64,000 nucleotides of DNA, from contig JAUQPL010000004.1 in the NCBI GenBank assembly GCA_030550395.1, positions 125,839 through 189,838 on the forward strand, in the 5' to 3' direction. Position numbers and translations under genes: made by a program. A model generated the notes under the pieces. It saw only the letters and a program-made list of their open reading frames with translations, was not told where the DNA came from and searched no databases. Positions 37,664 to 46,948 of the stretch are shown here, one piece after another; position 1 is the stretch's first letter, and every line of letters begins with the position of its first letter. The stretch comes from Bacteroidota bacterium. Its GTDB lineage: Bacteria > Bacteroidota > Ignavibacteria > Kapaibacteriales > HRBIN21.

Positions 37664-38887
37664 GAGTTGGTCCCAAACTAAGCGGGAGCGATCGGAGAGC
37701 CAAGCGATGAGAGGCTTGCGTCCGATGTAAATCGCTGCCTCTATGGGCAGACCTTTGCGCAACGCAAGTCCTGCCGTGGAATGCCTAGCAAGGCGGTGAG
37801 TTCGGAGGGTGTCCCCTTCCAATGATGCTCGGACCCGGTAAGCGAGGGTGTGCCCGTTGGTTGTGAGGTCTTCGGCCACGCTTTCAACGCGTCCCCAGAG
37901 CGCTTCCCATTGTCCGGGCGGGAAGCCGGCGATAAGGTATCGTACCCGTTGACCAGGGCGTACCATTACGATGTCCTCTGGAGCGACGAACAGCTCTACC
38001 TCAAGCTGCATATCCGGGGTGATAGTGAGCACTTCCTGTCCGGCAGCGACATAAACCCCTGCTTGGGAAATGTAGAGCTGGCTGATCTGCCCACTGATAG
38101 GAGCGATAAGAGCAGTTTTGTGCAGCTGTTCATGCAGCAGTCCCACAAGCTGCCGCAATTCCCGCAGGCGGTTTTCTCCTGCCTCTATGCGTTGTGCAAG
38201 TTCTTGGCGGCGAGACTGTAAGTATTGCAGGGTGCGCAGTTCTTGGAGGCGAAGCTCTGTTGTGACCGCTTCGTACTCCTCAGCACTGGCGAATTGTTTT
38301 TCGTGGAGAGCCCCTGTACGTTCCCAGCCTTTGCGCAGTGATTCATAGTGGCGGGCGAAGAGTTGTAAGTCTTTGCGGATGGTTTCGGCCAGATTCCGCA
38401 CCTGGGGCGTGGAGAAAGAAAGGGGGGGGAACTGGGCCAGTAGCTGAGAAGGGGTTCCGCTAGTGGGCAAATGACGGAGCAGTTGGGAAAGCTCGGTAAG
38501 GAGTCGCTCTTCGTGGCGCAATTCCTCTTCGGTTCCTTGGAGGCGGAGTCGGATGTCAGTGTTGCGAAGTTGGAGGAGGGTATCTCCGCGCCGTACTTGC
38601 TGGTGGAGGTGAACGAGAACGGCTTCTACAATTCCTTCTGCGGGGCTACGGAGGGTCTGGGTTGGCAAGAGGGAGCGAATATAGCCACGGCAGCGCACAG
38701 TGACTTCTAATTCCGCAAAAAGGGTCCAAAGGGCAGCGGCGACTATAAAAGCGCCCATACCCCAGAAGAGCCATAGTCCTACGGCTGGGGGGCGTACCAA
38801 CTGGGTTTCCAGGCTCTCCGGTAATGTGTCCGCAGGGATAAGAGAATGCTCTAGCTCCTTCCATTGCTGACCCGCTCGGGGGTTCAT
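37655..38887 (-). CDS. HlyD-family membrane fusion protein (type I secretion / peptide exporter adaptor)
   Basis: An N-terminal TM, long coiled coil, C-terminal beta domain; overlaps the ABC gene by 4 nt. Confidence 0.8.
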   Translation of the reverse strand: MNPRAGQQWKELEHSLIPADTLPESLETQLVRPPAVGLWLFWGMGAFIVAAALWTLFAELEVTVRCRGYIRSLLPTQTLRSPAEGIVEAVLVHLHQQVRRGDTLLQLRNTDIRLRLQGTEEELRHEERLLTELSQLLRHLPTSGTPSQLLAQFPPLSFSTPQVRNLAETIRKDLQLFARHYESLRKGWERTGALHEKQFASAEEYEAVTTELRLQELRTLQYLQSRRQELAQRIEAGENRLRELRQLVGLLHEQLHKTALIAPISGQISQLYISQAGVYVAAGQEVLTITPDMQLEVELFVAPEDIVMVRPGQRVRYLIAGFPPGQWEALWGRVESVAEDLTTNGHTLAYRVRASLEGDTLRTHRLARHSTAGLALRKGLPIEAAIYIGRKPLIAWLSDRSRLVWDQLSP

Positions 38888-41157
38888 AGCGATCCCGTGG
38901 GTTCAGTAGTGGCACTAACAGTATAGCGCCGCCAAAGGCGAGCATAGAGCCCATTGCGGGCAAGGAGTTCCTCGTGCGTTCCTTCTTCCCGGATCCGTCC
39001 ATCTGCCAAGAGAGCAATTTTATCGGCGATGTGAACGGTGCTCAGCCGATGGGCAATCAGCAGGATAGTCATGCCTTCCTCCTGGCACAGCTCCTGCAGT
39101 AGACGCAGGATAAGGGCTTCGGCATCGGCATCCAAGTTGCTTGTGGCCTCGTCCAAAACAAGGATGCGAGGCTGGCGGTAGAGAGCTCGGGCAATTGCTA
39201 AGCGTTGGCGCTGCCCGCCGGAGAGACTCATCCCATGCTCTCCAAGCAGGGTCTCGTATCGCCCGGGAAGCTCTGCAATAGTCCGTTCTAACCCGACACG
39301 ACGGCAGACAGCGATGACGCGTTCGCGGTCGGGCTGCATATCTCCATAGGCAACGTTTTCTAAGACGGTCCCGTGAAAAAGCTCTACTTCCTGGGGGACG
39401 ATCCCAATGATGCGGCGGAGGGAGTCTGTGTCAATGTCCCGCACGTCGATGTTGTCCACCAAAACAGCGCCTTCTTGGGCGGTGTAGAGCTTGAGTAAGA
39501 GGCGAACCAGCGTTGTTTTCCCAGACCCCGATTCTCCAACAATGGCGGTAATGCTGCCAGCGGGGATGAAAAGGGAACATTGGCGCAGGACGGGGGGACG
39601 AGCGCCGTATCGGAATGTACAGTTGCGAAATTCAATCGCACCGCGAACCTGCGAGGGGAGTAGGATAATGCCACGCTGTTCCATGCGCTCTTCCGTCTCC
39701 AGCACCATGATTTCAAAGAGGCGGTCGGCAGCGATGAGAGCATCATGGACCATTTGTTGCAGAGCAAGGAATCGCCCCATTGGTTGAGCCAGTAATCCTA
39801 ACAGAAGCGAAAAGGTGATGAGTTCACCGACACTGAGTCGGGCCTGGAGGATCAGTAGGCTTCCCCACCAGAAGACACCCACCAGGGCCAGTCCACCAAT
39901 CAGCTCCCCGGAAATGGTTGCCGTAAGGTAATGGCGGAGCGAACGTCCCAGGAGGCGGAGAATTCCAACGAATGTCCGCTCGGCTTTCCATTGGCTATAG
40001 AGTTCGGCGGTTAAGGCTTTGACAGTCGCGATACCGGTGATGGTTGTAGTGAAATGGGCATTGAGGTCAGCACCCTGTTCCATCAGCGCTCGTTGGGTTT
40101 GCTGAATTGGACGGCGGAGAGCCAAGATGACACCGGCGTATAAGGGAATTGTGGCTGTGGATATCAATGCCAGTGGTGGGGAGTACAACCACATGAGGGC
40201 AAATGCTGCAGCGATTGTGGTGGTATCTACAAGGATGGTCAAGGCGGCTGTACTGATTGCATTGCGGACCTTGACGGCGTCGTAAACACGAGAGAGAATT
40301 TCCCCAGTGCGTCGGGCATCAAAGAAGGCTTGCGGAAGGCGGAGGAGGTGCCGGAAGTAGCCTAAAACGAGCCCTGCATCAATGCGTTGTACAACATGGA
40401 AGAGAAGGACTGAGCGCATCCACCCGAAAAAGGCACGGAGGAGGAGGAGCCCGATGAGAGCCACGGAGAGGGCGTGCAGGAGAGCAACGTTACCGGTAGG
40501 GAGCACTGTGTCAAAGAGCAGACCGGCATAGACAGCGGGTGCCATCCCAAGCAGCGTATAGAAGAGAGCGCCCAGGAATGCTTGGAAAAGCCAGGCTCGG
40601 TGCGGGCGGAGAAGACGCCAAAAGGTTTTCCATCGGGAGGGACTTAGCTCTGCTGCATGGAAATCCTCCCGGGGAGCTAAGATGACCACAATGCCTGTCC
40701 ACTGGGCTAGGAACTCCTCCATGGGCATCCGCACCAGTCCACGGGCAGGATCGCCCACGAGAAGCCGCTCGGACTCCACCTGGTAGAGCACGACGAAGTG
40801 GTAGCGATTGCGTTCTGCAATGTACATGTGAGCGATGGCAGGTAAGGGAACGTCCGCCAACATAGTCGGCAGGATGCGGACTCCCTTTGCGTAAAATCCC
40901 AACTGTTCTGCTGCCCGGACAATTCCTAAGACAGTCGTTCCCTCCCGGTCTGTCATCGTGTACTGGCGGAGGAGCGCTAACGGCAGTTGCAGTCCCCAAT
41001 AACTGGCAACGGATGCCAGAACGGCGGCTCCACAGTCTGTGGGATCGTGTTGGCGGACAACAACGGGACGCCGTCCCATCCTTGGCTGAGCTTTGGTTCG
41101 TGCAAAATTAGGGTTTCGTAGGGCAGCTTTGCTGGGCTCTGCAGCACTGTCTAACAT
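38884..41157 (-). CDS. Peptidase C39 domain-containing ABC transporter (double-glycine leader peptide processing/export ATPase-permease)
   Basis: An N-terminal C39 domain with catalytic Cys (HDPTDCGAAVLASVASYWG) and His (YHFVVLY), 6-TM permease, and a C-terminal ABC ATPase (GESGSGKTTL; LSGGQRQR; ILVLDEATS). The start may be MGRRP at 41079. Confidence 0.85.
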   Translation of the reverse strand: MLDSAAEPSKAALRNPNFARTKAQPRMGRRPVVVRQHDPTDCGAAVLASVASYWGLQLPLALLRQYTMTDREGTTVLGIVRAAEQLGFYAKGVRILPTMLADVPLPAIAHMYIAERNRYHFVVLYQVESERLLVGDPARGLVRMPMEEFLAQWTGIVVILAPREDFHAAELSPSRWKTFWRLLRPHRAWLFQAFLGALFYTLLGMAPAVYAGLLFDTVLPTGNVALLHALSVALIGLLLLRAFFGWMRSVLLFHVVQRIDAGLVLGYFRHLLRLPQAFFDARRTGEILSRVYDAVKVRNAISTAALTILVDTTTIAAAFALMWLYSPPLALISTATIPLYAGVILALRRPIQQTQRALMEQGADLNAHFTTTITGIATVKALTAELYSQWKAERTFVGILRLLGRSLRHYLTATISGELIGGLALVGVFWWGSLLILQARLSVGELITFSLLLGLLAQPMGRFLALQQMVHDALIAADRLFEIMVLETEERMEQRGIILLPSQVRGAIEFRNCTFRYGARPPVLRQCSLFIPAGSITAIVGESGSGKTTLVRLLLKLYTAQEGAVLVDNIDVRDIDTDSLRRIIGIVPQEVELFHGTVLENVAYGDMQPDRERVIAVCRRVGLERTIAELPGRYETLLGEHGMSLSGGQRQRLAIARALYRQPRILVLDEATSNLDADAEALILRLLQELCQEEGMTILLIAHRLSTVHIADKIALLADGRIREEGTHEELLARNGLYARLWRRYTVSATTEPTGSL

Positions 41158-41177
41158 CCCGAAAGGGGGCTTTTTTC

Positions 41178-41185
41178 TATTTTTG
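41178..41185 (+). promoter_or_regulatory. Candidate Bacteroidetes-type -7 promoter element TATTTTTG for the tRNA-Ala/tRNA-Gln pair
   Basis: An exact TAnnTTTG ending 14 nt before the tRNA 5' end, preceded by a T-run. Confidence 0.5.
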
Positions 41186-41199
41186 CAACGGCTATCTGT

Positions 41200-41272
41200 G
41201 GGCCGGTAGCTCAGTTGGGAGAGCGCCAGAATCGCACTCTGGAGGTCGGGAGTTCGAATCTCCTCCGGTCCA
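41200..41272 (+). tRNA. tRNA-Ala (anticodon CGC)
   Basis: Cloverleaf folded by hand: acceptor GGGCCGG/CCGGTCC with G3:U70, D-arm GCTCAGTTGGGAGAGC, anticodon loop AUCGCAC, T-loop TTCGAAT, A73; no CCA encoded. Confidence 0.85.
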
Positions 41273-41280
41273 CGTGAGCA

Positions 41281-41353
41281 TGCCCCGTGGTGTAACTGGC
41301 AACACGCCTGACTCTGGATCAGGAGAGTCCAGGTTCGAGTCCTGGCGGGGCAG
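41281..41353 (+). tRNA. tRNA-Gln (anticodon CUG)
   Basis: Cloverleaf folded by hand: acceptor TGCCCCG/CGGGGCA (U1:A72 typical of bacterial tRNA-Gln), anticodon stem CCTGA/TCAGG, loop CUCUGGA, T-loop TTCGAGT; no CCA encoded. Confidence 0.8.
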
Positions 41354-41365
41354 CGACGAATCTCT

Positions 41366-42034
41366 ATGCTGATGGATGCACAGCCATTACCCCTGTCGGC
41401 GACGGTTTTTCACTCTTTAAGTCGTCTAGCGTGGTGGACGGCGTTCTTCACCGTTGTCTATAACTTCTGTGAAGGGGTTTTTGCCCTATGGGCGGGGCAT
41501 ATTGGGAGCAGCTGGGGAGTGATCAGTTTTGGAATAGATGCCGTAGCAGAGTCACTCTCGGGAGGGGTAATCCTGTGGCGTTTTGCCCCCGGTATACGGG
41601 CAGACGAGCGCGAGCGCTTTGCCCAGAGAGAGCGGAGGGCGGTGGTTCTTATTGGACTGAGCTTCCTTGTCCTGAGTATGGTGGTTTTCGTTGAAGCCAT
41701 CCAACGCTTGCTGGGACATGTCCATGCTGAGGAGCACGGGCTGGCATTCATCGTAGCAGGGGTATCGCTCGTTGTGAAACCGCTCCTGTTCGGGATGAAA
41801 TGGTATCTGGGACAGCGCCTCCAGAGCGAGGCTCTACGTGCAGATGCCAAGCAGACATTGGCCTGTGCTGGCCTCTCTGCAGCGCTATTGCTTGGATTGG
41901 GAATGAATCAATGGTTTGGGGTATGGCAGGCAGATTCTGTGTTAGCTCTCCTCATCGCAGCAGTTTTGGTGCGGGAGGGGTTTCATGCTCTCCGCCATCG
42001 CCATATCCTGTGCTGTCCAATTTCCCAGCGATGA
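41366..42034 (+). CDS. Cation-efflux (CDF)-like membrane protein, transmembrane domain only
   Basis: Six predicted TM helices with Asp/His-containing TM motifs resembling CDF; it lacks the usual C-terminal cytoplasmic domain (222 aa). Confidence 0.45.
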   Translation: MLMDAQPLPLSATVFHSLSRLAWWTAFFTVVYNFCEGVFALWAGHIGSSWGVISFGIDAVAESLSGGVILWRFAPGIRADERERFAQRERRAVVLIGLSFLVLSMVVFVEAIQRLLGHVHAEEHGLAFIVAGVSLVVKPLLFGMKWYLGQRLQSEALRADAKQTLACAGLSAALLLGLGMNQWFGVWQADSVLALLIAAVLVREGFHALRHRHILCCPISQR

Positions 42035-42041
42035 GGAAGCC

Positions 42042-43775
42042 ATGAAGAAAGGAGGATTTCTCTCTGTTCTGCTCTTACTTGCCCTCGGATGCGCACGGGA
42101 ACGCTCCACGGAGGAACTCCGCCCAGCAGCCGGCGGACGCTTTTATGGCGGGACTTACCGCGTCAACGAAGTTGGAGAAGTTCGCTCTTTGGACCCCGTC
42201 CAAATCAATGACGTCACTTCCGCTCACGTTGCAGAGCAGATTTACGACAAGCTTCTTACCCTTGACGAGCGGTTACAGCTTCAGCCGGAGTTGGCAGAGC
42301 GCTGGGAAGTTTCGCCCGATGGGCTGGTTTACCGATATATCTTACGGCGGGGGGTCTATTTCCACGATAATCCTTGCTTCCCCGGTGGCAGGGGACGGGA
42401 GCTTACGGCGGAGGATGTCAAGTACTCGCTCACCCGCGCGTGCGATTTCCGGACGGGTACGCTGGGATATGACTACTTCCGTGGCAAGGTCAAGGGGGCC
42501 GATATCTACTTTGAAGCTACCCGTCGGGCGGCTCAGTCGGGCAAATCCCCTGAAGTAACCGAAGTGTCGGGTTTTGTGGTCCGCGATCGCTATACGTTTG
42601 AAATTCACCTGACCCGTCCTTTCGCTCCGTTTGAGTATTATGTCTCGCTTGTCACCTTCGCCGTCGTCCCACGAGAAGCGGTGGAGTATTACGGGGCCGA
42701 CTTTTTCCGTAATCCAGTCGGCTCTGGTCCCTTTATCCTCGTCTCGTGGACACCTGATCGGGAGCTACGCTTACGGCGTAACCCGCGGTATTGGCAGCGC
42801 GATGAGTATGGGAATCCACTCCCATATCTGGAGGCGATTTCGTTCCGCTTCATCAAGGACGAGAAGACACAGCTTTTGGAGTTTCGCCAAGGGAATCTGG
42901 AGGAGTGCTATCGGATCCCGGCAGAGTTTTTTCCGCAAGTGGTGGATGAACACAAGCAGCTGCGGGGAGAGTGGCGCCGTTTCCAGCTGCTCCGAGTTCC
43001 GGCAGTGGCAACGCAGTATTATGGAATGCTGACCCAACATCCGGTCTTTCGTGACCGGAGGGTTCGGCAAGCATTTGCCTATGCTATAGATCGGGAGCGT
43101 ATTGTTCGCTATGTGCTCCGAGGGCAAGCGGGAGAACCTGGGCATTATGGGCTTGTGCCACCATCGCTACCGGGATATCCTGCACGGAGCATACGGGGAT
43201 ACCGGTTTGATCCTGAGCGAGCACGGCGCTTATTAGCCGAGGCCGGGTATCCAGACGGGCGGGGATTCCCACGGATTACACTGCAACTCAACGCCGGTGG
43301 TGGACGCAACGTGCAGGTTGCCGAAGCTGTGCAGGCAATGCTGCGGGAGCATTTGGGCATAGAGGTAGAACTGCGCCAAGTAGAGTTTGCGCAGCATTTG
43401 CGGGAAATTGATGCAGGGCGTGTGCCCTTCTTCCGCTTGGGTTGGGTGGCTGATTACCCGGAGCCGGAAAACTTCCTCAACCTCTTCTACGGGAAGTTCG
43501 TGCCGGATAGGGAAGGCGATATCAGCCCAATCAACTCGACGCGCTACCGCAATCCTGCCTTTGATGCAGTGTTTGAGCAAGCACTGGTCACAACGGATCG
43601 GCAACGCCGGATGGAGCTCTATCGACAGGCAGAGCAGATTGCTATGGATGACGCGCCCATGATCATCCTTTTCTACGACGAAGATTACCGCCTACTGCAG
43701 CCTTATGTTGCCGGCTATCGGAACAATGCCATGGATCGGCGCTGGTACAAATACGTCTGGCTGCGCTCCCGCTGA
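42042..43775 (+). CDS. ABC transporter substrate-binding protein, family 5 (peptide/nickel/opine type) lipoprotein
   Basis: SBP_bac_5 architecture; the start was refined to MKKGGFLSVLLLLALGC (lipobox). Confidence 0.75.
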   Translation: MKKGGFLSVLLLLALGCARERSTEELRPAAGGRFYGGTYRVNEVGEVRSLDPVQINDVTSAHVAEQIYDKLLTLDERLQLQPELAERWEVSPDGLVYRYILRRGVYFHDNPCFPGGRGRELTAEDVKYSLTRACDFRTGTLGYDYFRGKVKGADIYFEATRRAAQSGKSPEVTEVSGFVVRDRYTFEIHLTRPFAPFEYYVSLVTFAVVPREAVEYYGADFFRNPVGSGPFILVSWTPDRELRLRRNPRYWQRDEYGNPLPYLEAISFRFIKDEKTQLLEFRQGNLEECYRIPAEFFPQVVDEHKQLRGEWRRFQLLRVPAVATQYYGMLTQHPVFRDRRVRQAFAYAIDRERIVRYVLRGQAGEPGHYGLVPPSLPGYPARSIRGYRFDPERARRLLAEAGYPDGRGFPRITLQLNAGGGRNVQVAEAVQAMLREHLGIEVELRQVEFAQHLREIDAGRVPFFRLGWVADYPEPENFLNLFYGKFVPDREGDISPINSTRYRNPAFDAVFEQALVTTDRQRRMELYRQAEQIAMDDAPMIILFYDEDYRLLQPYVAGYRNNAMDRRWYKYVWLRSR

Positions 43776-43843
43776 GGATAGTAGGCAGCGTATGTTTGGG
43801 AAATTTTGTTTTTTGCAATCCCGGCTGTGTGCATTGGCGGCGG

Positions 43844-45532
43844 GGGATGCAGCGTTCTTTGAAAATCGGGATATTGGTGGTTGTGGTGTCGCTGTTGCTT
43901 GGGTGCCGCTCCAGGGAAGGGATTCCGTCAGACAGCAGCTTTGTTTACAACGAGGCAGAGGGAATCACTACATTAGACCCTGCCCACATGAGCTACATGG
44001 GCGCAATCTGGGTGGGGGCACAATTGTACAATGGCTTGGTTGAGTTTGATTCGGCTTTGCGTGTGGTACCGTGTCTTGCCCGCTCGTGGAGTGTAGATTC
44101 TACAGGCCGTCGCTGGCGGTTCGTTGTGCGTACGGATGTTTTTTTCCACGAGGATCGGTGCTTTGGTGGGGTATTGCGGCGGCTGCGTGCAGCGGATGTG
44201 AAATTCTCCTTTGAACGTATCTGCGATGCGCGAACGCGCTCGCCCGGTTTATGGGTCTTCTGGGGTAAGCTGGAAGGGGTAGAGGAGTTCCATGCTGCCA
44301 CTGCTCAGGGCAAGAAGCCTCCGGGCGGGCTTCGAGGTCTGTGGGTCGTTGATGACAGTACGCTGGAAATCCATCTCCAGCGGCCATTTGCTCCGTTCCT
44401 GGAGCTTTTGACGGTGCCTTACTGCTGGATTGTTCCTGAAGAGGCGGTGCGTTTCTACGGGGAGGAATTCTTCCGCCATCCTGTCGGAACGGGACCTTTC
44501 CGCCTCCAGGAGTGGCAACCAGATGTCCGCTTGGTGTTGCGGCGGAATGAACGTTACTTCAAGCGCGACCGTCACGGAGTGCAGCTGCCGTATTTGGAAT
44601 CCGTTGTTGTGCGTTTCCTGCGTGATCCCAAGATAGCCTTCTGGGAGTTCCAGCAGGGGAGGCTGGATATGATCTCGGGGCTCGATCCCAGTATAGTCCC
44701 CACAGTTTTGACGGCGGAAGGGAAGTTGCGGCACGAGTTCGCTCGCTATCAGCTCCTAACGGCTCCTGCGTATGCGGTGGAATACTATGGCATCATGCTG
44801 GATACAACGACCGAAGGGGGGAGGACATCGCCGCTGGCGCGTTCTCGGCTATTGCGACAAGCTCTCAATTATGCCATTGACCGGGAGCGGATTATCCGCA
44901 ATGTGCTGCATGGGTTAGCAGAGCCAGCTCACCACGGAATATTGCCCCCTGGATTCCCGGGATTCTCGCCGCAAGTTGTGGGGTACCGCTACGATCCTCA
45001 GAAGGCACAACAGCTCCTTGCTGCTGCGGGCTTTCCTAAAGGGAAGGGGTTGCCGCCACTTGTTCTGCAATTAGGAGCGAACCCACGCACGCTCTCGGTC
45101 GCGGAAGCTGTTCAACAGCAGCTTGCCGAGTTTGGCATCCGGGTAGAGCTTCGGCAGGTCAATTTCCCGCAACACCTGGCTATGGTTCGCCAAGGACAAT
45201 GTATGCTCTGGCGCACGAACTGGATTGCCGACTATCCAGATCCGGAGAACTTCCTGGCCTTGTTCTACTCGCCCTACAGGGCGCCATGGGGTCCGAATAC
45301 GACCCGTTTCCATAGCCCTGTGCTTGATTCTCTCTACGAGCGTGCATTGACCGAAAGAGTTACGGAACGCCGCTTTGAGCTCTACCGCTCCATGGAGCAT
45401 TCCGTTATCGGGGAGGCACCGTGGGTGTTTTTGTACTATCCGCGCCTTGTCCGCCTGCTCCAGCCGACGGTGACGGGGATGTGGCTGGATGGCAGTGACC
45501 GTCTCGTGCTGGAGACCGTTCGTAAGAGGTGA
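43844..45532 (+). CDS. ABC transporter substrate-binding protein, family 5 lipoprotein (paralog)
   Basis: SBP_bac_5 architecture parallel to the upstream paralog; the start was refined to MQRSLKIGILVVVVSLLLGC. Confidence 0.75.
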   Translation, partial: GMQRSLKIGILVVVVSLLLGCRSREGIPSDSSFVYNEAEGITTLDPAHMSYMGAIWVGAQLYNGLVEFDSALRVVPCLARSWSVDSTGRRWRFVVRTDVFFHEDRCFGGVLRRLRAADVKFSFERICDARTRSPGLWVFWGKLEGVEEFHAATAQGKKPPGGLRGLWVVDDSTLEIHLQRPFAPFLELLTVPYCWIVPEEAVRFYGEEFFRHPVGTGPFRLQEWQPDVRLVLRRNERYFKRDRHGVQLPYLESVVVRFLRDPKIAFWEFQQGRLDMISGLDPSIVPTVLTAEGKLRHEFARYQLLTAPAYAVEYYGIMLDTTTEGGRTSPLARSRLLRQALNYAIDRERIIRNVLHGLAEPAHHGILPPGFPGFSPQVVGYRYDPQKAQQLLAAAGFPKGKGLPPLVLQLGANPRTLSVAEAVQQQLAEFGIRVELRQVNFPQHLAMVRQGQCMLWRTNWIADYPDPENFLALFYSPYRAPWGPNTTRFHSPVLDSLYERALTERVTERRFELYRSMEHSVIGEAPWVFLYYPRLVRLLQPTVTGMWLDGSDRLVLETVRKR

Positions 45533-45559
45533 GGTTCCACAATCAGGGAGGGTGAAGCC

Positions 45560-46414
45560 ATGAAAGTACTCATCCACGTCCTCTGCGCTGCTGTTGCCTT
45601 TGTGGCTGTGGATATGTGGAAAGCACCTGCTGCCTTCGCTGTGCAGCAGTTGAAGAAAGCAGGGCAGTGGGTAAGCAAAGCAAAAAAGAAAAAGGGGAGG
45701 GCTTACCACCGTGCTATCCGTCGTGAGCAGCTCCGCCAAGAAGCATTGGAAATGGTCCGTTTGCATTCCTCTGCGCTGTGGGATATGGTGAACGGAGGAA
45801 GCCGTCCATTGCATCCAGATACCGTTGTTGCCTCGTCCTCCGAAGTGGTGTTGGAGGGAGAAGATCCTGAGGAGCTCCTCCGGGAGGATGATGTCCCTGT
45901 CGACATAGAGACCTTCCGCCAGTTATGGCTTGCTTACATGGAGGGGACGTCTGAGGATGAACGTACGCCGGCGGGCTTGAATAAGCGGCGGTTGATGGAT
46001 TTCATCCTTCAATGGCTCGGGGTTCCCTACCGGTTTGGGGGAACGACGGCGGAGGGGATAGACTGCTCGGGCTTTATCCGGCGCTTGTTCGCTGAGGTGG
46101 CTGCAGTGGTGTTGCCCCGAACAGCGGCATCACAGTATATGCTCGGCATGCCAGTGTCACGGCAAGAGTTACAGTTTGGCGACTTGGTGTTCTTCCATAC
46201 GCGGCGGCATGCCTATGTGTCGCACGTGGGTATTTACTTGGGGGACGATCTCTTTGCGCACGCTAGCTCCCGCGGAGGGGTTACCATTTCCTCGCTCCGG
46301 AGTACGTACTACAGCAAGCGCTTCATCGGGGCGCGGCGTCTGACGGAACGGACGCTCCTCCAATTAGCGGCAGCCCAGAGGATAGTACCCGAGGAGGTGG
46401 AGATAGGGAATTGA
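45560..46414 (+). CDS. NlpC/P60 (C40) family peptidase
   Basis: C40 catalytic motif GIDCSGFIRRLF with downstream His (HVGIYLG). Confidence 0.8.
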   Translation: MKVLIHVLCAAVAFVAVDMWKAPAAFAVQQLKKAGQWVSKAKKKKGRAYHRAIRREQLRQEALEMVRLHSSALWDMVNGGSRPLHPDTVVASSSEVVLEGEDPEELLREDDVPVDIETFRQLWLAYMEGTSEDERTPAGLNKRRLMDFILQWLGVPYRFGGTTAEGIDCSGFIRRLFAEVAAVVLPRTAASQYMLGMPVSRQELQFGDLVFFHTRRHAYVSHVGIYLGDDLFAHASSRGGVTISSLRSTYYSKRFIGARRLTERTLLQLAAAQRIVPEEVEIGN

Positions 46415-46780
46415 ATGCCGTTGCATCTGCTACCGTAGGGAAGCGGCCAGCCTTTTTACGATGGCAGTCTGTGTTCTCGGTGCCGGCCGGTAGCCCAACC
46501 GTCGGCAACCATCCCTTCTTGGCACATCCAGTAGCGGTCGTGTAGTGCCGCAGGAAGGCACGAGGAGTTTAGACTTCGGGTCTGGCTACCGATGGGATAT
46601 CGACTGCAAGGGGGTCAGAGGGTTCTACTTCTGTGACTCCATGTTCTTGCCTCAGAAGGGCAGGGTAGAGAGGCTCAAGAGGGGGTGGTATGCACGATGA
46701 GCCCCCAAAGCGGTAGAGATTCCGCCGGGGGACAGAGGCATACGGTGTGAGTGCCGGCGTGGGGAGCTAGCTTTCGTGCA

Positions 46781-46948
46781 TTATCGGTTGGCGCCTTTCT
46801 CTTGGCGGGCGATCTCTCGGGCGATCCGCTCCCGTTGCCGAGTTCGCTCGTGCCAGTTGAGGCTATACCACCACCGGCGTACCTGTCGTAGTGATTGCCC
46901 TGTCAAGCGCGCATATGCGTTCAGCAGGAGAACCGTCCGCTGGTTCAT
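46781..46948 (-). CDS. Small (55 aa) putative helix-turn-helix DNA-binding protein (excisionase/AlpA/MerR-like HTH)
   Basis: Not in the ORF track (<60 aa). Translation MNQRTVLLLNAYARLTGQSLRQVRRWWYSLNWHERTRQRERIAREIARQEKGANR. The core LNAYARLTGQSLRQVRRW resembles HTH_17-type recognition helices. Confidence 0.3.
   Translation of the reverse strand: MNQRTVLLLNAYARLTGQSLRQVRRWWYSLNWHERTRQRERIAREIARQEKGANR

Noticed and set aside
39074-39089. TGGCAC-N5-CTGCA resembling a sigma-54 -24/-12 promoter
   Set aside because: It lies antisense inside the ABC transporter coding sequence and the -12 element deviates (CTGCA vs TTGCA); it is most likely a chance match.
46415-46780. Possibility that the long intergenic region encodes RNase P RNA, tmRNA, SRP or 6S RNA
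   Set aside because: None of the conserved primary-sequence blocks I know is present: RNase P P4/CR-I AGGAAAGUCCGGGC and CR-IV/V blocks, tmRNA 5' GGGG..GAUUCGAC and tRNA-like 3' end, SRP GGUGCUGUUUACCAGG. Only generic hairpins are visible; the region is left as an unexplained island (see findings).
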